Origin: Callorhinchus milii
Taxonomy: Eukaryota
Direction of reading: 5' to 3'
Assembly (NCBI RefSeq): GCF_018977255.1
Contig: NW_024704743.1
Location: 43,836,001-43,900,000 of the forward strand
Length of the DNA stretch: 64,000 bases
Notes under the pieces: model-generated
Database searches by the model: none
What the model was told of the DNA's origin: nothing
Seen by the model: the letters and a program-made list of their open reading frames with translations, nothing else
Part shown: positions 48,160 through 61,799 of the stretch, in pieces
How positions within the stretch are numbered: the first letter of the stretch is position 1
Layout of the letters: every line of letters begins with the position of its first letter
Made by a program: the position numbers and the translations under genes

Positions 48160-48375
48160 ATAATCCCTCCAAAACCAAAAACAATAATAAAATTGGTCAT
48201 TTTCAATCTACGACTGTTTGTGGGACATTGCTGTGCGCAATTGGCTGCCGCGTTCGCCCACAAATATACAGTCAATTCACTTTACAGTGTGTTCTGTGAA
48301 GCACTTTGGGACGTCCTCCGACGTGAAAAGCGCTATATCAAATGCAAGGATTATTATCATTATTATTATTATTAT
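48160..48375 (+). mobile_element. 5'-truncated tRNA/CORE SINE, inverted relative to the adjacent copy
   Basis: taatccctccaaaacc...ctttgggacgtcctccgacgtgaaaagcgctatatcaaatgcaaggattattat. Confidence 0.92.
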
Positions 48376-49042
48376 AAGTCTTATTAGAATCATCTAGTCA
48401 TATAGTGTATGCAACATTCCCTCTTATAATGCATTATTCTTTCATATAGTATAGTCAAAAAGATTTTCTGTACAATTCTATGAGTAGAATAAAATAAAAT
48501 GTACAACATATAATATTGCTTTAGTAATACTGTATTTTAATCTTGCTCCTGAAATGCTGAACAATCCTCTCTACATTTCTGCTCAAGTTGTTCACAAGTG
48601 AATAACTGGCTTTTAAAGCCCTTTCGATTCATCACTTGTTCCTTTCCCAAATGGCACACTACATTGACTGTGGCTGCATACTTTACGTTTGAAAGAATCA
48701 GCTTCATTCGAGTGCAGTAAATGACAATGAACTACATCTGAACCATATAGCAACCAAGTGCTTCAGCCTTGCACACTGTCAATTCTAATCTGAAAAAGTC
48801 AAATGCCACAAAATCAATGTTTCAGTGATGCTCTTCCAATGTAACTTTTTATGATATGTAACAAGATATTTTGTTGGCAGGTTATGGGCTCCTTGGAATT
48901 TTTTTGATCTGTAAATTACATTTTTCTTAAGGAAACTTTTAGTAAAGTTTTTGGTTCATTTTTGATGACGCTTACCAGAATAGTACAAAAGGTCTAATAT
49001 GCAGGGAGACAGATAGGAGTGTCAGGTAAGCACATCTGATTA

Positions 49043-49372
49043 AATAATAATAATCATTGTGTTTGATACAGCGCCTTTCATGTCAGAAGGACACCCCAAA
49101 GAACTTCACTGGGTATACTCCAATGTAGAATGACCGTGGGTTTCGTGGGCAAATGCGGAAGCCAAGTTGCGGACAGTCATGAAGTTAATGATTAATTTTA
49201 TTTGGGGATTGTTGGACACGACACCGGGAGAAACTCCTTTTTTTTCAAATAGTGCCTTTAATACCTGAACAGGCAGACAGGACCTCAGTTTAATGCCTCA
49301 TCCGACATCCACAACAATGCAGCACACCCCCAGGACTGTATCTGAGTGTCAGTCTAGACTGTGAGTTCAAAA
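49043..49372 (-). mobile_element. Deu-domain SINE
   Basis: Tail, 3' module, gacaccgggagaactcc...gaacaggcagacaggacctcagtttaatgcctcatccga...gtgtcagtctagact. Confidence 0.8.
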
Positions 49373-49448
49373 TCTTGATGAATATGTTACTGAAAGACTT
49401 ACCCAATTACACAACTAAGATTTTTTACCAAAGAATCTCATTTAAAAG

Positions 49449-49766
49449 TAATAATAATAATAATCCTTGCATTTGATATAGCTCTTTTCACGTCTTCTAG
49501 ATATCTTAAAGCGCTTCACAGAATATGCTATAAAGTGAATTGACTGTATATTTGTGGGTGAAACACGGCAGCCAATTGCGCACAGCAGTGTCCCACAAAC
49601 AGTCGTGGATTGAAAATGACCAATTTTTTATTGTTTTGTTTTGGAGGGATTATTATTAGGTGTGTGAAGTAAGGAAACTTGCCCAAGGTTTCGCCCTCTG
49701 CCTGGAATTGAACTCAGGTCTCTCACTTGCAAGGCGAGTGCTCTAACCACTGAGCTACAGGACTCC
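49449..49766 (-). mobile_element. tRNA/CORE SINE, short form
   Basis: Complete; nearly identical to 47843-48154. Confidence 0.93.
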
Positions 49767-50205
49767 AATTTGTGGTAAAAGTACCACAAATTGGATACTA
49801 TTTTCTCTCTTTTTTTTGTTATGTTTTCTGATTTCACATGTCTGTGTTTTGGGATTTCATGTGATTATAAAGCAAATAGTAGCCAAGCAGTAACACACAT
49901 CTTCCTCTCTTTTGCTCTCTTGCCAGCTAGAGCCAAAGGTACTAATTAGGTTGAATTCATTCAGTTTATTATCCTTCCCTCGGTCAATACAATCGTATTA
50001 TTCTAAACTGGCACACACGCAGGAAATGTCACAGCATGATCCAGTTATGGAACAAATTAAACTAAAAATGCAATTGGCAATCTGCACTGCAGAAACATCA
50101 ATCATATTTGTAAATAACTGTGTTCTCTGCTATGCACTTCGGCTTGTTTTTAATTTAAAGCCATTAGAGCAGAGAGAGCTCAGAGAGTGGAAGATCCACA
50201 CAGGT

Positions 50206-50505
50206 GGAATCCTGTAACTCAGTGGTTAGAACACTCACCTGGGTTTAATTCCCAGCAGGGCAAAATGTTGGACAACTTTCCTTACTCCGCACGCCTCTGT
50301 TCACCTAGCAGAAAAATAATAATAAATTGGTCACTTTAATCCATGACTAGTTTGTGGGACACTGCTGTGTGCAATTGTGTGCAGCGTTTCGCCTACAAAA
50401 TATACAGTCAATTCACTTACAGTATATTCTGTGAAGCGCTTTGAGAAGTCTCGTAGAGGTGATAAGGCCGTTGTATCAAATGCAAGGATTATTATTTATA
50501 TTATT
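50206..50505 (+). mobile_element. tRNA/CORE SINE with internal deletions (intermediate form)
   Basis: ggaatcctgtaactcagtggttagaaca...cgcctctgttcacctagcag, then 3' module and tail. Confidence 0.88.
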
Positions 50506-51049
50506 ATCCGACAGACATGATGAACATAAAACCTCATGTCAATCATAATGATAGAACCAAATGGAGCAATGGAGGGAGGATCTTTGTCAAGGTCATAGTT
50601 GCTGGTGATACATTAACTCCCATTACCTGGAACTGTGTTTTAATTATGGAAAAATGCCAATGACGACTTGCTGGACCAAGGTTGCTGCAGACTGTATCAG
50701 GCTGTGGGATGTCTATAAATTCCCTATTATCAAGCTGAATCCCAGTACCATTTTGTCAGATGTTTCAATGTTCTAAACAACCATGATATTTTAATTCACC
50801 AGCAACTTGAGGTGCTACAGGATATTTACTCTGTATGTAAGCAAACATATCTGCTAGATATTTTGCTTACATACAGAGATATAGTTCCCAAAACAAGCTA
50901 TTTGCTCGAATGTACTCACCATATCAGTATAGATACAAAACATGTACTGTACAAAACAAGCATAATTTCTTTACCCCCCCAACCCACCCCACCTAACTCT
51001 GGGCCTTTCGACAATCTTGCCAATGTTCCCTTCCACCCAGAAAACACCA

Positions 51050-51300
51050 CCTGCTTCATGTCCTCTATCTGATTCACCTCACCATCAGTGAGTGAGCTTT
51101 CAGCCAATCCACCCCGTTCTCTGGAACTCCATCCTCCATCCCTCCCTGCCCACTTTTAAAGCTTGCTTTAAGACGTACTTCTTTGACCATGCCTTTGGTC
51201 ATCTTTCCATCTGGTAAGCTCCACCTTAGATTGGATGGACAGCCAGCTGTGTAAAGTGCTTTGAGATGTCCCCCAGAAGTGAAAGGTTCTAGATCAATAT
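51050..51300 (+). mobile_element. Old L2 3' end fragment
   Basis: gctttcagcc...ctctggaactccatccctc...ctttgaccatgcctttggtca...gtgctttgagatgtcccccagaagtgaaagg. Confidence 0.7.
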
Positions 51301-51694
51301 CAACTTTGGATCCACAGTCCGACTTTTTAATAAAATACATCCCTTCCCCCCCCCCAACTTAAAATCATTTCAGATGCCAAACTTCTGTGTTATTGCAATA
51401 ATAGTGTGTTACCAAGGTACTGTAATTTGGTGCTTTGGCATAGCCATACAAAGCATAATTAAGTGCTATGCCATCCAAAAGAAAAAAGGGTATAAAATCA
51501 ATATGTACCTAATGCTGTCAAAATATACACGCAGCAGCATATTTTTTCCCAGGATTAAGCCACGTGTATGGTTCACAAAGGTAAGAATGATGAAAGCTTT
51601 ACTAAAACCCTTCTTCTTTCACTGTAGAATCAGGAGTTCACTGCATTTTTACAGGGGCTCTTTATAAAACTTTGGGTATGCCGGTGACCGTGAT

Positions 51695-51812
51695 CTTTCG
51701 CCCACAAAATATACAGTCAATTCACTTTAAGGTATATTCTGTGAAGCGCTTTGAGATGTCTAGAAGGCGTGAAAAGCGCTATATCAAATGTAAGGATTAT
51801 TATTATTATTAT
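51695..51812 (+). mobile_element. 5'-truncated SINE 3' end
   Basis: ttcgcccacaaaatatacagtc...gcgctttgagatgtctagaaggcgtgaaaagcgc, then (ATT)n. Confidence 0.88.
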
Positions 51813-52884
51813 CTGAACTAACATAATAATCTTTGCATTTGACATAATGATATTGGGACAGCATGAGGAACTTCATATTGCCATTCATCTTTAATGTCTA
51901 GGTTTAGGAGTTTGCTACATTGAATATCCAGGTTCCTGTTCAAACACAAGTTGAAGGGAAAAAGGTACTTTCCTCATATCGTACATTCTGCAGTGCATCG
52001 GGGAGTTGAACAACAACAGGACATTTCATTTTCTGTTTCATTATAGACCTCTCACAGTCACCACTTGAATGCATTTTACCATCAGTGCCTCCTTTTAAAA
52101 ATCAATTGCGGACAATTACGATTAACTGACTTGGAAGAGTTATTGAGCCAGATGGTGTGAGGGAGTCAAATTAATCTCAGCAATCTGATCAGCAACATTA
52201 ACCCCGGGTGCTTTAAAATCGGTGTCATTTCTGCAGCCTATGTAGGTTCTGTTCAATTCCCTGACACTAAAGAGCTCCTGGTAACTCCTGGACAGTTTTG
52301 CCAATACGGTCATCAATAATACTCACAATTTCAATAAAAGTCACAAAGCATCCAAGACAAAGCAGATAACAACATGAGTACTGTAAATGCATGTACAGCA
52401 TCAAATCTCTTTCCTTAGTTTTGTCTGTTTCTCTTTTCTCCGAGTTACAAAGCTACATGATAAATTTAATTCTAGCTGTATTATTTTTCAATGCAATGAT
52501 CTGATACAATCTCTATTTTTAATTTTAAAAAATTAATGCAAAGCCAAAATAAAACAAAAATTGGTTATGGACGAGGGGATTATCCGCTCTTGGTGAAATT
52601 CTGATTTAATAGCATAATTGTTACAAGTTACAGGCTATATATTATATCCCTAAAAGCTGTACAGTATGCTAGTGTGTTGTGTGAGAAAAGCAGTCTCTGC
52701 CTACAATGAAAGAACAATATCAAGAAGAACAAAGTAGCATCAATCAATGCATAATAAATCTCAACAAGATGAACAGAATTTAATTCCTGGGTGTGAGTGG
52801 AAAGCTGTGAGAAGGCAGCTAAATTCATGTGCTTTTAAAGAGGAAGACCTTCAAATGAAAATCTAAGTCATTTTAAAAAAAATA

Positions 52885-53292
52885 ATTATAATCATTGCAT
52901 TTGGTATAGTGCCTTTATTACGTTGAAACATGTCAAAATGCTGTAAAGGTATTCTGTAAGGTGTAGTGACTGTGTATTTGTAGGTGAACTCAATAGCCAA
53001 TTTGCATCCAGCAATGTCCCAAAAATGTTTTTGGAAGGATGATCATTCTTTTGATCTGGGGGATTGTTTTGCCAGAACAACGGGAGCAACTCTCTTCTCT
53101 TTTTTAATAATGTCCAAATGAACACTCCGATGGGACCTCAGTTTAATGTCTCATCTGACAATGCAGCACACACCAGTGCTGCACTGGAACATCAGCAGAG
53201 GTTACATGGATTCCAAGTGCCAACATGGGGCCTGAACCCACATCCATCTGACTCAGAGGTGAGAGTGCTACCAACTGAGCAAGGCTGACACC
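52885..53292 (-). mobile_element. Deu-domain SINE, complete outline
   Basis: Tail, 3' module, Deu segment, head cctgaacccacatccatctgactcagaggtgagagtgctaccaactgagc. Confidence 0.82.
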
Positions 53293-53885
53293 ACATCGGC
53301 ACCACCTAACATCCACCTAATCTGCACGGGTTGTGGTGGAGATAACTTGCTGCGTTTCCATAGAGAAAAATGGGAAAGCAGAAACGAGTGCCTTTTTGGA
53401 AATATGAAATTGTATTGCATTAAATGAGCAATAAATAACCCATGCAATACCCAACTCAGCTCAAGGTATTAATAGAAATTAATGTTTTGCATTACTTTAG
53501 GATGTTCTAATATTCCCTCCAAATAAATTTCGGTATTTATAAGTTGCATTTTGCTCAGTGGCATGAACCCTCCACATTTTTTAACTTGAATTATAAATAA
53601 GAAGGCATTTAGATACAATAAAATATCTATTACAATGCAGTTATTCATATCTCAGGGGCAGCATAATAAATCTAACATCAAAAGCATTTGACCATGCAAA
53701 AAAACTTTACTACATACTGTATTAAAAACAATTTAGCATAATCAAAAAAATTACAGCAACAAAACACAAATGTTTCCACACTAAAGCATTAATATTTTTG
53801 ATTAAAAATAGAACAAATCATAATGCTATTAGCTACACAATATTACAGTAGAAATGAAAAAGGTCCTTTAAGGAAATTTATAACA

Positions 53886-54316
53886 TAATAATAATCCTTA
53901 CATTTGATATCGCGTCTTATCACCTCTTCTAGACGTTTCTAAGCACTTCACAGAATATGCTGTAAAGTGAATTGACTGGGTATTTTGTAGGCAAAACGTG
54001 GCAGCCAATTGCGCACAGCAGTGTCCCACAAACACAAACGTAAACAAACATAAACAAACATATATTTATATATTTATGTTTGCAAATGTAAATGTAAACA
54101 GTTGTGGATTATGTGACCAAATTATTATTATTTTTTTTGAGGAATTATTACCCCCGGAAAAATGATCCGCCAATAACAACCAGGTTCCTACTTATTGCTT
54201 ATTAAACAGAAGCATGTTGGGTAAGGAAACTTGCCCAACGTTCGCTCTGCCGGGAATCAAACCCAGGATCTCTCGCTTGCGAGGTGCGTGCTCTAACCTC
54301 TGAGCTACAGGACTCC
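53886..54316 (-). mobile_element. tRNA/CORE SINE, long form with AT-rich internal expansion
   Basis: Complete head and tail; extra about 65 bp at 54034-54100. Confidence 0.9.
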
Positions 54317-55531
54317 AAGAAGGACTAAAATAATTTTACTCTTTTGAAACAGCTCACATTTTACTTCTTTAAAAACAGACATAGACTTTAGTTTAAAGCT
54401 TCTCATTAAGTATGTTTCTCCTCCTCACAGCTTTCCACTCGCAAACAATGTCTACTGAATGTTATGTCTGTATCAAATTGATACTACTCCCACATAAACC
54501 CTTGCTCTCTATAAGAGGACAATGAGAAAATACTCCTCCAACAGCCAGCAGAATCCATTTCCTCAAATTGTCTCGAGTCCTTCTGGCAAAACACGTCAAC
54601 ACTCACATGAGAGGTGCTTTGTTAAGAAATTATGACCTCAATTTGATCTGCACCATTTCCTGGTTTGTGTATCGATTAAACAACATTTCCTCACGAGACT
54701 TAGCAAATTGCACACATTAGTACATACACTGTGCCATCCCACATATAGTATGTCAGGCCACCTCAGATACCCAATGCCACTTCACTATTCAACTTCAAAT
54801 TGTGCTGTGATGTCGACAGTGAAGACAACAACAACAACAATATAGCGTGCATCACGCCAGGTAGCATAACACTCTGAGGTTATGCATCTCAGGCATCTTT
54901 CTCCAGATGAATTGTTTTCTTTGAGATATAAAAATCTTGAATTAAATCATGAATTGCCACACTGATTTTATCTGAAGGCTGATGGAGAAATGTTCCTTTT
55001 GAATGTTAATTTAAAAGGTTAATATCCCCCAACATTTTTAAAAAAATATCAAAAGTTATAAATAAATATGATCACCTTTGACATCTTGTTTTGCTGTGGC
55101 TTTGTAGTGTTTTATTCAGAATATTCTTGCTTCAACTGCAGGTGCTGATGAAGATTTGGGAGCAACTGATGTTGAGCATTTTTTTTAAACTTAGCAGCAT
55201 AAGCAAATAGAAATAACATCTGCTGAGATACAAGACATTAACTCAGGTGTTTCAGCTTCAGTTGTGCTGTATGTATTCAGACAGTTCCACTGAGCAGCTG
55301 AAATAAACACAGGACTACATTTTATCCATTTGCATTACAGCAATCCTGTTTTTATGCTGCATTTCAAGTCACAATCCTAGATTTCTCTGATGCCAATAAA
55401 TAATCTAATTATCCGTTCTAGCCTCCGCCTCTTGCATTTGCTGCATCACTTTTCAATGGTTCATGAGGCCAAAGCAATGTTAATGCAGAGGGAAATTATT
55501 GCCAAGCACAGCTATTTACATGGTGCGAATA

Positions 55532-55975
55532 GATCATAAAATGTTCAGCACAGCATAAAGCCCTTTGATCTATTATGCCTTTGTTTGTTCTCTGTAAAAA
55601 CTATCCACTTTGTTCCACCCCCTCTGCTTTTTCCCTCTACCCTTTCATATGTTTTCATTTTCAGATGTTGTCCAATTCTTATTTAAAAGCTATTATGGTT
55701 TCTAATTCAACCCACCATTTCCGGTCTAGCATTTCATTTTCTTATACCTTTCTCTGTATAAAAGAAATCACCTAACATCTCCCTCAGTTTTTTGGCAATA
55801 ATCTTAAATTTATGGCCTCCAGTTCCCCATTCACTGCACTCATCAGTGGAAATACCTTCTCCCGATTTGCCTCATCAAAACCCCTCAAGTTTCAACACCT
55901 CTATCTGGTCTCCTCTCAAACTTCTCTCTTTATTGAAAACAGCCCGAGTTTCTCTAATCCCTCTTCAAACATAAG
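55532..55975 (-). mobile_element. CR1 3' fragment, old
   Basis: Same layout as other CR1 3' ends (tccaattcttatttaaaagctattatgg...aatcttaaatttatggcctcc). Confidence 0.6.
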
Positions 55976-56009
55976 ATCTTCCCTTCCCATTCCATAGGCA
56001 TTAATCCTA

Positions 56010-56287
56010 CATTTGAAATGATGCCTTTCATGCCTGGAGAACGTCTCAAAGTGTGGTGACTGTGTATTTTGTAGGCAAACACAGCAGCTATTTGCTCACA
56101 GCAAATATTCCACAATCTGCCATGGGTGACCAATTTTATTTGGGGGAATGTTGGCCTGGACACCAGAAAAAACTGAGCACTGCATTGGAGTGACAACCAT
56201 ATCTTTGAAATCATAGTCCCAAGTCTTGAACCCACAACCTTCTGACTCAAGAGGCCAGAGTGCTACCAACTAAGCCAGGCTAACACA
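56010..56287 (-). mobile_element. Deu-family SINE with internal deletion
   Basis: 3' module, ttggcctggacaccag, head cttgaacccacaaccttctgactcaagaggccagagtgctaccaactaagcc. Confidence 0.75.
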
Positions 56288-58032
56288 AAGATTAAACACA
56301 CCATTTGATATGGAATTGTGCAATAAACTGAATTGCTTCCAGAAAGCAGTCAAAACAAATTCACTTATAAAGGCAGTGATGTAATGAAGCATGAACAAGG
56401 TTTTCTAATATCCGCGGACTCTTTCACAACATAATCTGAATTTACTTTCATGGATGATGAAAAATTCATCACCTGCTTAACTGAGACAAAGGAGTCCTTT
56501 GGACGAATACATCAGATGCAAAATAACCTGAGGAAAACTCCATCGGTGTTTAAATTTATTCTATTTATCAAGCATTTTATAGGATTCAGAATTTGGAAAA
56601 TTCTTAAATGCAGACATATTTCAAGCTTTTTTTTGTAACTTTCTTTTAAGAATTACAGAAAAAGAATTTCAGAATCAAAGTTGAATTCAACAATTCGCTA
56701 AATTCTGGGTGCTCTAAAATGTCAGATAGAGCAAATCGCAGAATGTTTTAATTGACATCTGCATTGTGGGCAGGTTAGAGATATATATTTCCATTGTTGA
56801 GCAGTACTGAAGCAAGTGTTGTATCACCAACCACAGAGTAATGGAGTACTGCCTGCAGGGTCAGGTTTGAATAAGTCTTTTCATAAATACATGCTAAAAG
56901 GAATTTGTGTTAAAAATGTATGAATGAAATCCTTTTACTGGAGAAAGATTCAGCGAAACAAAAACTAAAACATGTATGGACAGGAAAAATTGTGATAATA
57001 TTATACATAAGTACCTATCCTACCAGGGAAAAAAAAACAGCAGTTAGCTATAGTATAAACTAGAGTATATGCTTCAAAGATTCAAGCTGAGTAACAGACT
57101 TACTAGATTCCAAAGCATTTTGCTAATAAATGATATCTATTGGACAATCTGCAACTACATTTGTGCAAAAAGAACCAAAAAAGATGTCAATGTAAAGAGC
57201 CTTTCCTGCACATATATAAGTACCTGAGAGTTCTCCTATGTATGGGGTATTGAGCTACTGTCACTCAAGATTTGTCTCTGCATCCCACCACCTGTCCAAA
57301 CGTAAGCAGAGTGAAAATCCCTACAATATTCTGAGATGGTATCCGCAACCAGAGTGAATCTAATGAATAGTTTGAGCCATTGTATTGGACCCAACTGTGA
57401 TTCATAATGGCCTGCACAAAGAAGCACAGTAGTTCTGAACATTCAGGACTTAAACATGAATCTTACATTCACCATAGTGCAAATGAAACCATATGCTACC
57501 CATCACCCGAATGTCTGAAACCTGTCAAAATGAGTGAGAGTAACATTCTCGTGAATCATTCCACATTAAAGCATAAAACATGTCCATCTTTGCTTTATAT
57601 AATCTACATCAAGGTAACTAGTGAGGATGGTTAAATATTTCATGATAGTACTGTTCCTTCTATTGGTAAACACTACTCCAAAGATTTGCATTATTTTCTT
57701 TGTACAGAGAGTGTTAATGCATTCTATACGTGTACTGTCTAACAATATTAGACAGTTTAATATTATTTTATGGACTTTATCAGGTTGAAGGAGATCAGAT
57801 GATTTAGCCATGCAATATTTAATCATAGCATGGGTTCAGCATCATAAAGCTATAGACCAGAAATAAGTACTTCTGTGTAATCTGCATTATTATTATTATT
57901 ATTTTTCAAATTAATTATTCATAAAGCACTGTAATCTTTCTATAAGAGTATGATACACACACTCAAGTCAATCTTTAGTATATTTTTATATTATCACGAT
58001 TATACCAGAAATATGCAGAATTCTTTTACAAT

Positions 58033-58200
58033 TGGAGTCGTGTAGCATATTGGTTAGTGGACTGGCCTCACATACAAGAGGACCTGAGTTCGATTCCCGA
58101 GCAGGGCAAAATGTTGGGCAAGTTTCCTTACTCCATACCGGTTTACCACAAACAGTCATGGATTGAGTGACCAAATTATTTTTTTTTTAAGTGATTATTT
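58033..58200 (+). mobile_element. SINE 5' portion (head and CORE start) joined to an inverted body fragment
   Basis: ggagtcgtgtagcatattggttagtg...gttcgattccc...ttgggcaagtttccttactcc, then cacaaacagtcatggattgagtgaccaa, which is the body in opposite orientation. Confidence 0.8.
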
Positions 58201-58437
58201 CCTCCCATAAACTAGTCACATAAAAGAACAAAAAAAATTGGCTGATGAAACAAAGTTTGCACTATGACAGCTAGACCGAACCAATTAACAATGTGAGGCT
58301 GATATTCCATTACATTTCTGAGGGGCATAATATCCGTGCTATCCTTAATGGGCAAAAGCAAAAGCTGGTTCAGACCCGATCTGCCTGGTAAGATAAACAG
58401 CATGAGTATATTCATCTCAAGCATTTTCCTTGCTAAA

Positions 58438-58628
58438 CAATAATAATAATTTGGCCACTCAATCCACGACTGTTTGTCGGACACTGCTGTCCGCAATTGG
58501 CTGGCACGTTTCGCCCACAAAATATGCAGTCAATTCACTTTTTTCAGTATATTCTATGAAGCGCTTTGAGAAGTCTCGAAGATCTGATAAGGCGCTATAT
58601 CAAATGCAAGGATTAGTATTATTATTAA
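58438..58628 (+). mobile_element. SINE 3' half
   Basis: aatccacgactgtttgtcggacactgctgt...gcgctatatcaaatgcaaggattag. Confidence 0.88.
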
Positions 58629-58689
58629 TTACAATTACGGTTTTGTGCTGTCATAAATATGATTTTATTTAATAATTACTCCACATGGC

Positions 58690-58888
58690 CTCAACTGTGG
58701 CCGTGCCTCAATCCCTCCATTTTACATTCTCGTTGCCCATCTTCAAATCGCACCTGAAGACTTTCCTCTTTGACCGTGCCTTTGGTCACATCCTCTTTCT
58801 TTCCAGCTCGGCATCAAACCACATAACTGTTAAGCGCTCTGAGATGCTATCCATGTGAAGTCTGCTATATAAATGTATGTTGTTGTTA
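58690..58888 (+). mobile_element. Old L2 3' end fragment
   Basis: ctgaagactttcctctttgaccgtgcctttggtca...gcgctctgagatgctatccatgtgaag, then gttgttgtt. Confidence 0.7.
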
Positions 58889-60356
58889 GTTAATTAACTG
58901 TTACAAATCACCAACTGTTACTAATTCTCTATCTTTGGGTCAAACATACAGTTTCAATTTTGAAATGTAGAAATCTGTGGTGCACTGATTAGGAATGCCA
59001 TTCCCATGTCCATGAAGCTGCATTCGGCTTTCAATACCCAGTTCACACACAGCGAGATTGCGGGTTTTAACAAAACAAAACTCGAGTACAACTGGTATCT
59101 AGCTATGTGTCAGGTTCCTGTTGAAGCACTCACATCTTGAGTGCAGGCAAATGTATTTGCAGTGTCCACCCACAAGACAAGCTATCCCATTGAGAATGAA
59201 CACACTAACATCAACAGCTCTGAAGGTGGTTCTTTGGGTCAACACAACGATGTTTTGGATGCCCTGGGGACCAATGGTATGAATTGAGAGGGACAGACCT
59301 CTATGACACAACACAAAGGTCAAGAGTTTTACTGTAGAAATGTTTTTGCATTCGTGACTTGAAATAAATCCAATCACTTGACCTTCTTATAGAGATTTCT
59401 AGGTCACAGTCAGAACCATTGTAATGCTGTGTTGCACATTCTAGGTGTGTGTTTATTCCTCTTCCAGCTCTCTGAAGTTCGATCATTACGTCTGGGATAA
59501 AATGCATAATTTTCCTTTATTCTGGACTATCACTCAAATCTGCTGCCAGTCCAGTTCTGTAAAACAACACTTGTCCCATTGTAAGTGATATGAATCGATT
59601 TAATAAGCGCTCCTAGGATCATTTTCCATTTAGATAACACAATTTAGATATTTATTTCAAATGTATAATGTTATCTGGGATCAAGAGTGGAAGACATGTC
59701 ACAAAGATTTTGAATCAATTTCCATTTCTATTGTGCCTCTTCAAATAACTTTTCTTCTGAATCCATCTCCACATGATAGTTTCACCAGCCCTTGTGACTT
59801 GCTTTGCAATTATGTATTGCAAATTGGAAATTATCTAGTATTTGTTATAAGCAATGATTTGATGCCACTTTCATGTCTAATTGCAGCTAAAAACACAATA
59901 TAAATGAAGCATTAGATGGGGAAGGGCAACAGGATGTGGTTTTCTGTTTGAGTCAGGTTACAGAGCCAATGATGTCTGCGTTCATTCATAGTCAAGATCC
60001 TAATGAGGTGAGTTTACTGGACAAGGGCCAGATATCCAACAGCTTACCAGATATTTCTTTGTCTCCATTGTCTTTGAAGCCATCTCAGTAAAACCACATC
60101 AAAGCCACTGTGGTTCTCAGTGAGGCACAACCACTTCTCACAAACACCAAATTCATACTCTTCTGTTATACTCCATTAAGCACATATTTTACATACTAGA
60201 TAGTGTCAGGAAACTGTTAAATCAAATATTTCTTCACCAGATATTTCCTTTTGTCAAATTTGTTGAACTCACAGTTCTTGAATTAACTCAGTAAGCAGAT
60301 TAATTTGCCACATAACAATCCTGTAATAATGACACCCCAAAAAAACACTCTATCTG

Positions 60357-60460
60357 GGAATGTGGTACAGGAATGTGACACACAGTAGAATAAGTCACAA
60401 CAGGAATGTGGTAGAGAATTATTACACACAGCGGAATATATCCTGATGGAAATGTGGTAC
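60357..60460. repeat. Degenerate 46-47-bp tandem repeat, about 2.3 copies
   Basis: aatgtggta recurs at 60359, 60405 and 60451; acacacag..gaata recurs in the first two units. Confidence 0.7.
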
Positions 60461-61461
60461 CGGCTATCAGTTAAAAGATCCTAACTGAAAGCAGCAATGT
60501 AAATAGTACCTTAGACCAGATGCACAATCCATATCTTCCAAGAAACTCCATATACATCTTGCAGGAACCCAGATCAGACCTGAAATCACCTCACAATAGA
60601 GGTCTCATGTGTCAGAGTGACCTACAGTTATTTCCTTGCAAAAANTGCAGTTTGTCACAAAGTGTTTTCCAATAGGAAGCCCCCAGTAATGTTATCAGTT
60701 ATCTGAGTAGCACAGTTTGAAGTCCAGAGAGAGAAGACAAAAAGATCAATTAAATCATGTGCATGCTAACCACGTAAAGGTGGTTTCTTCAGCAATGGAA
60801 TAAGGGAGAGTGGGTCAGAAGTTAGTAGCTGACGGAGTCAAACATCAGCGTTGCCAACAATAAATCTCTCACTGGCTTTTGGCCTCAGTGTGGGTTGGTA
60901 AATGGTCTGTTAGAAGCACAGTTTTTTTTAGAATAATATTTGCTGCGTTTCCCCAGAGGTGAGTTTAATGTGTTCTCTGATATTTTGAAACGCTCAATTT
61001 CTTAAAGTCCTTAACGTTTGCTTTTCTCCTAAATCATTTAATCATTTTTTCCTTCAATATTTTTACATCCCCAAAACTGAACACAAGATCCACCAGTTAT
61101 TTTCACATTATTTTCTCAGGAATGCACGGATAAACAAATATTTATAAAGAAAACACAGAGGGTAAATCTGAATTTAAATAGCATTTAAAAAAATATTTTC
61201 AAAAGTTCAAAATGTGCCTTCTTTCCCTAAGGTAATACAAATAATTGAGAAGAATAGCAACTGGTTTACCACAGTATGCAACAGAAAGGCAGAAAGACTG
61301 TTAGTATTCTTGCACTCATACTTACTTGAAAAGAAAAAAAATGACAAGGCGATGAGGAAAGAGCAGGGGAGTGGGACTAGTTGGATAGCTGTTTCAAAGA
61401 GCTGGCACGGGCATGATAGCCCGAATGGTTTCCCTCTGAGCTGTAGGACTCTATGATTCTT

Positions 61462-61632
61462 GGCACGGACACCAGGAGAAACTGCCTTCTCTTTCTGAAT
61501 TGTGTCATGGGATCTTTAACATCAACAACAACAACAACAACACAACAACAACAACAAGATTCCATTTATAGAGCGCCTTTCACGTCGGGAAACAGGCAGA
61601 CAGAACTTCAGTTGAATGTCTCATCTAAAGGG
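61462..61632 (-). mobile_element. Deu-domain fragment interrupted by an L2 tail
   Basis: ggacaccaggagaaactgcc...catgggatctttaacatc [L2 tail] aacaggcagacagaacttcagttgaatgtctcatctaaag. Confidence 0.78.
61524..61590 (-). mobile_element. Ultra-short young L2 3' tail inserted into a DeuSINE
   Basis: Reverse complement tcccgacgtgaaaggcgctctataaatggaatcttgttgttg matches 44404-44445 exactly; long (AAC)n. Confidence 0.9.
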
Positions 61633-61799
61633 CAGGAGGTGAGTTGCAAAACAACTACAAATTATTTCAAACCATGGTGCTCCATATAACTGCAAGTTGC
61701 TATTGTTGCTGTTGATGCTGTAATAGGAGGACAGTAAACTGGGTATTCTGGAAGAATTAGAACAGGTGACCCGAAATGCCTACTTCTTCCGGAATACAG

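Noticed and set aside
59930..60165. Possible additional old SINE relics (also about 46500-46630 and 60850-60920)
   Set aside because: Vague resemblance only; no second alignable copy in the window to support a call.
60645..60645. Single N base
   Set aside because: Assembly ambiguity with no biological meaning.
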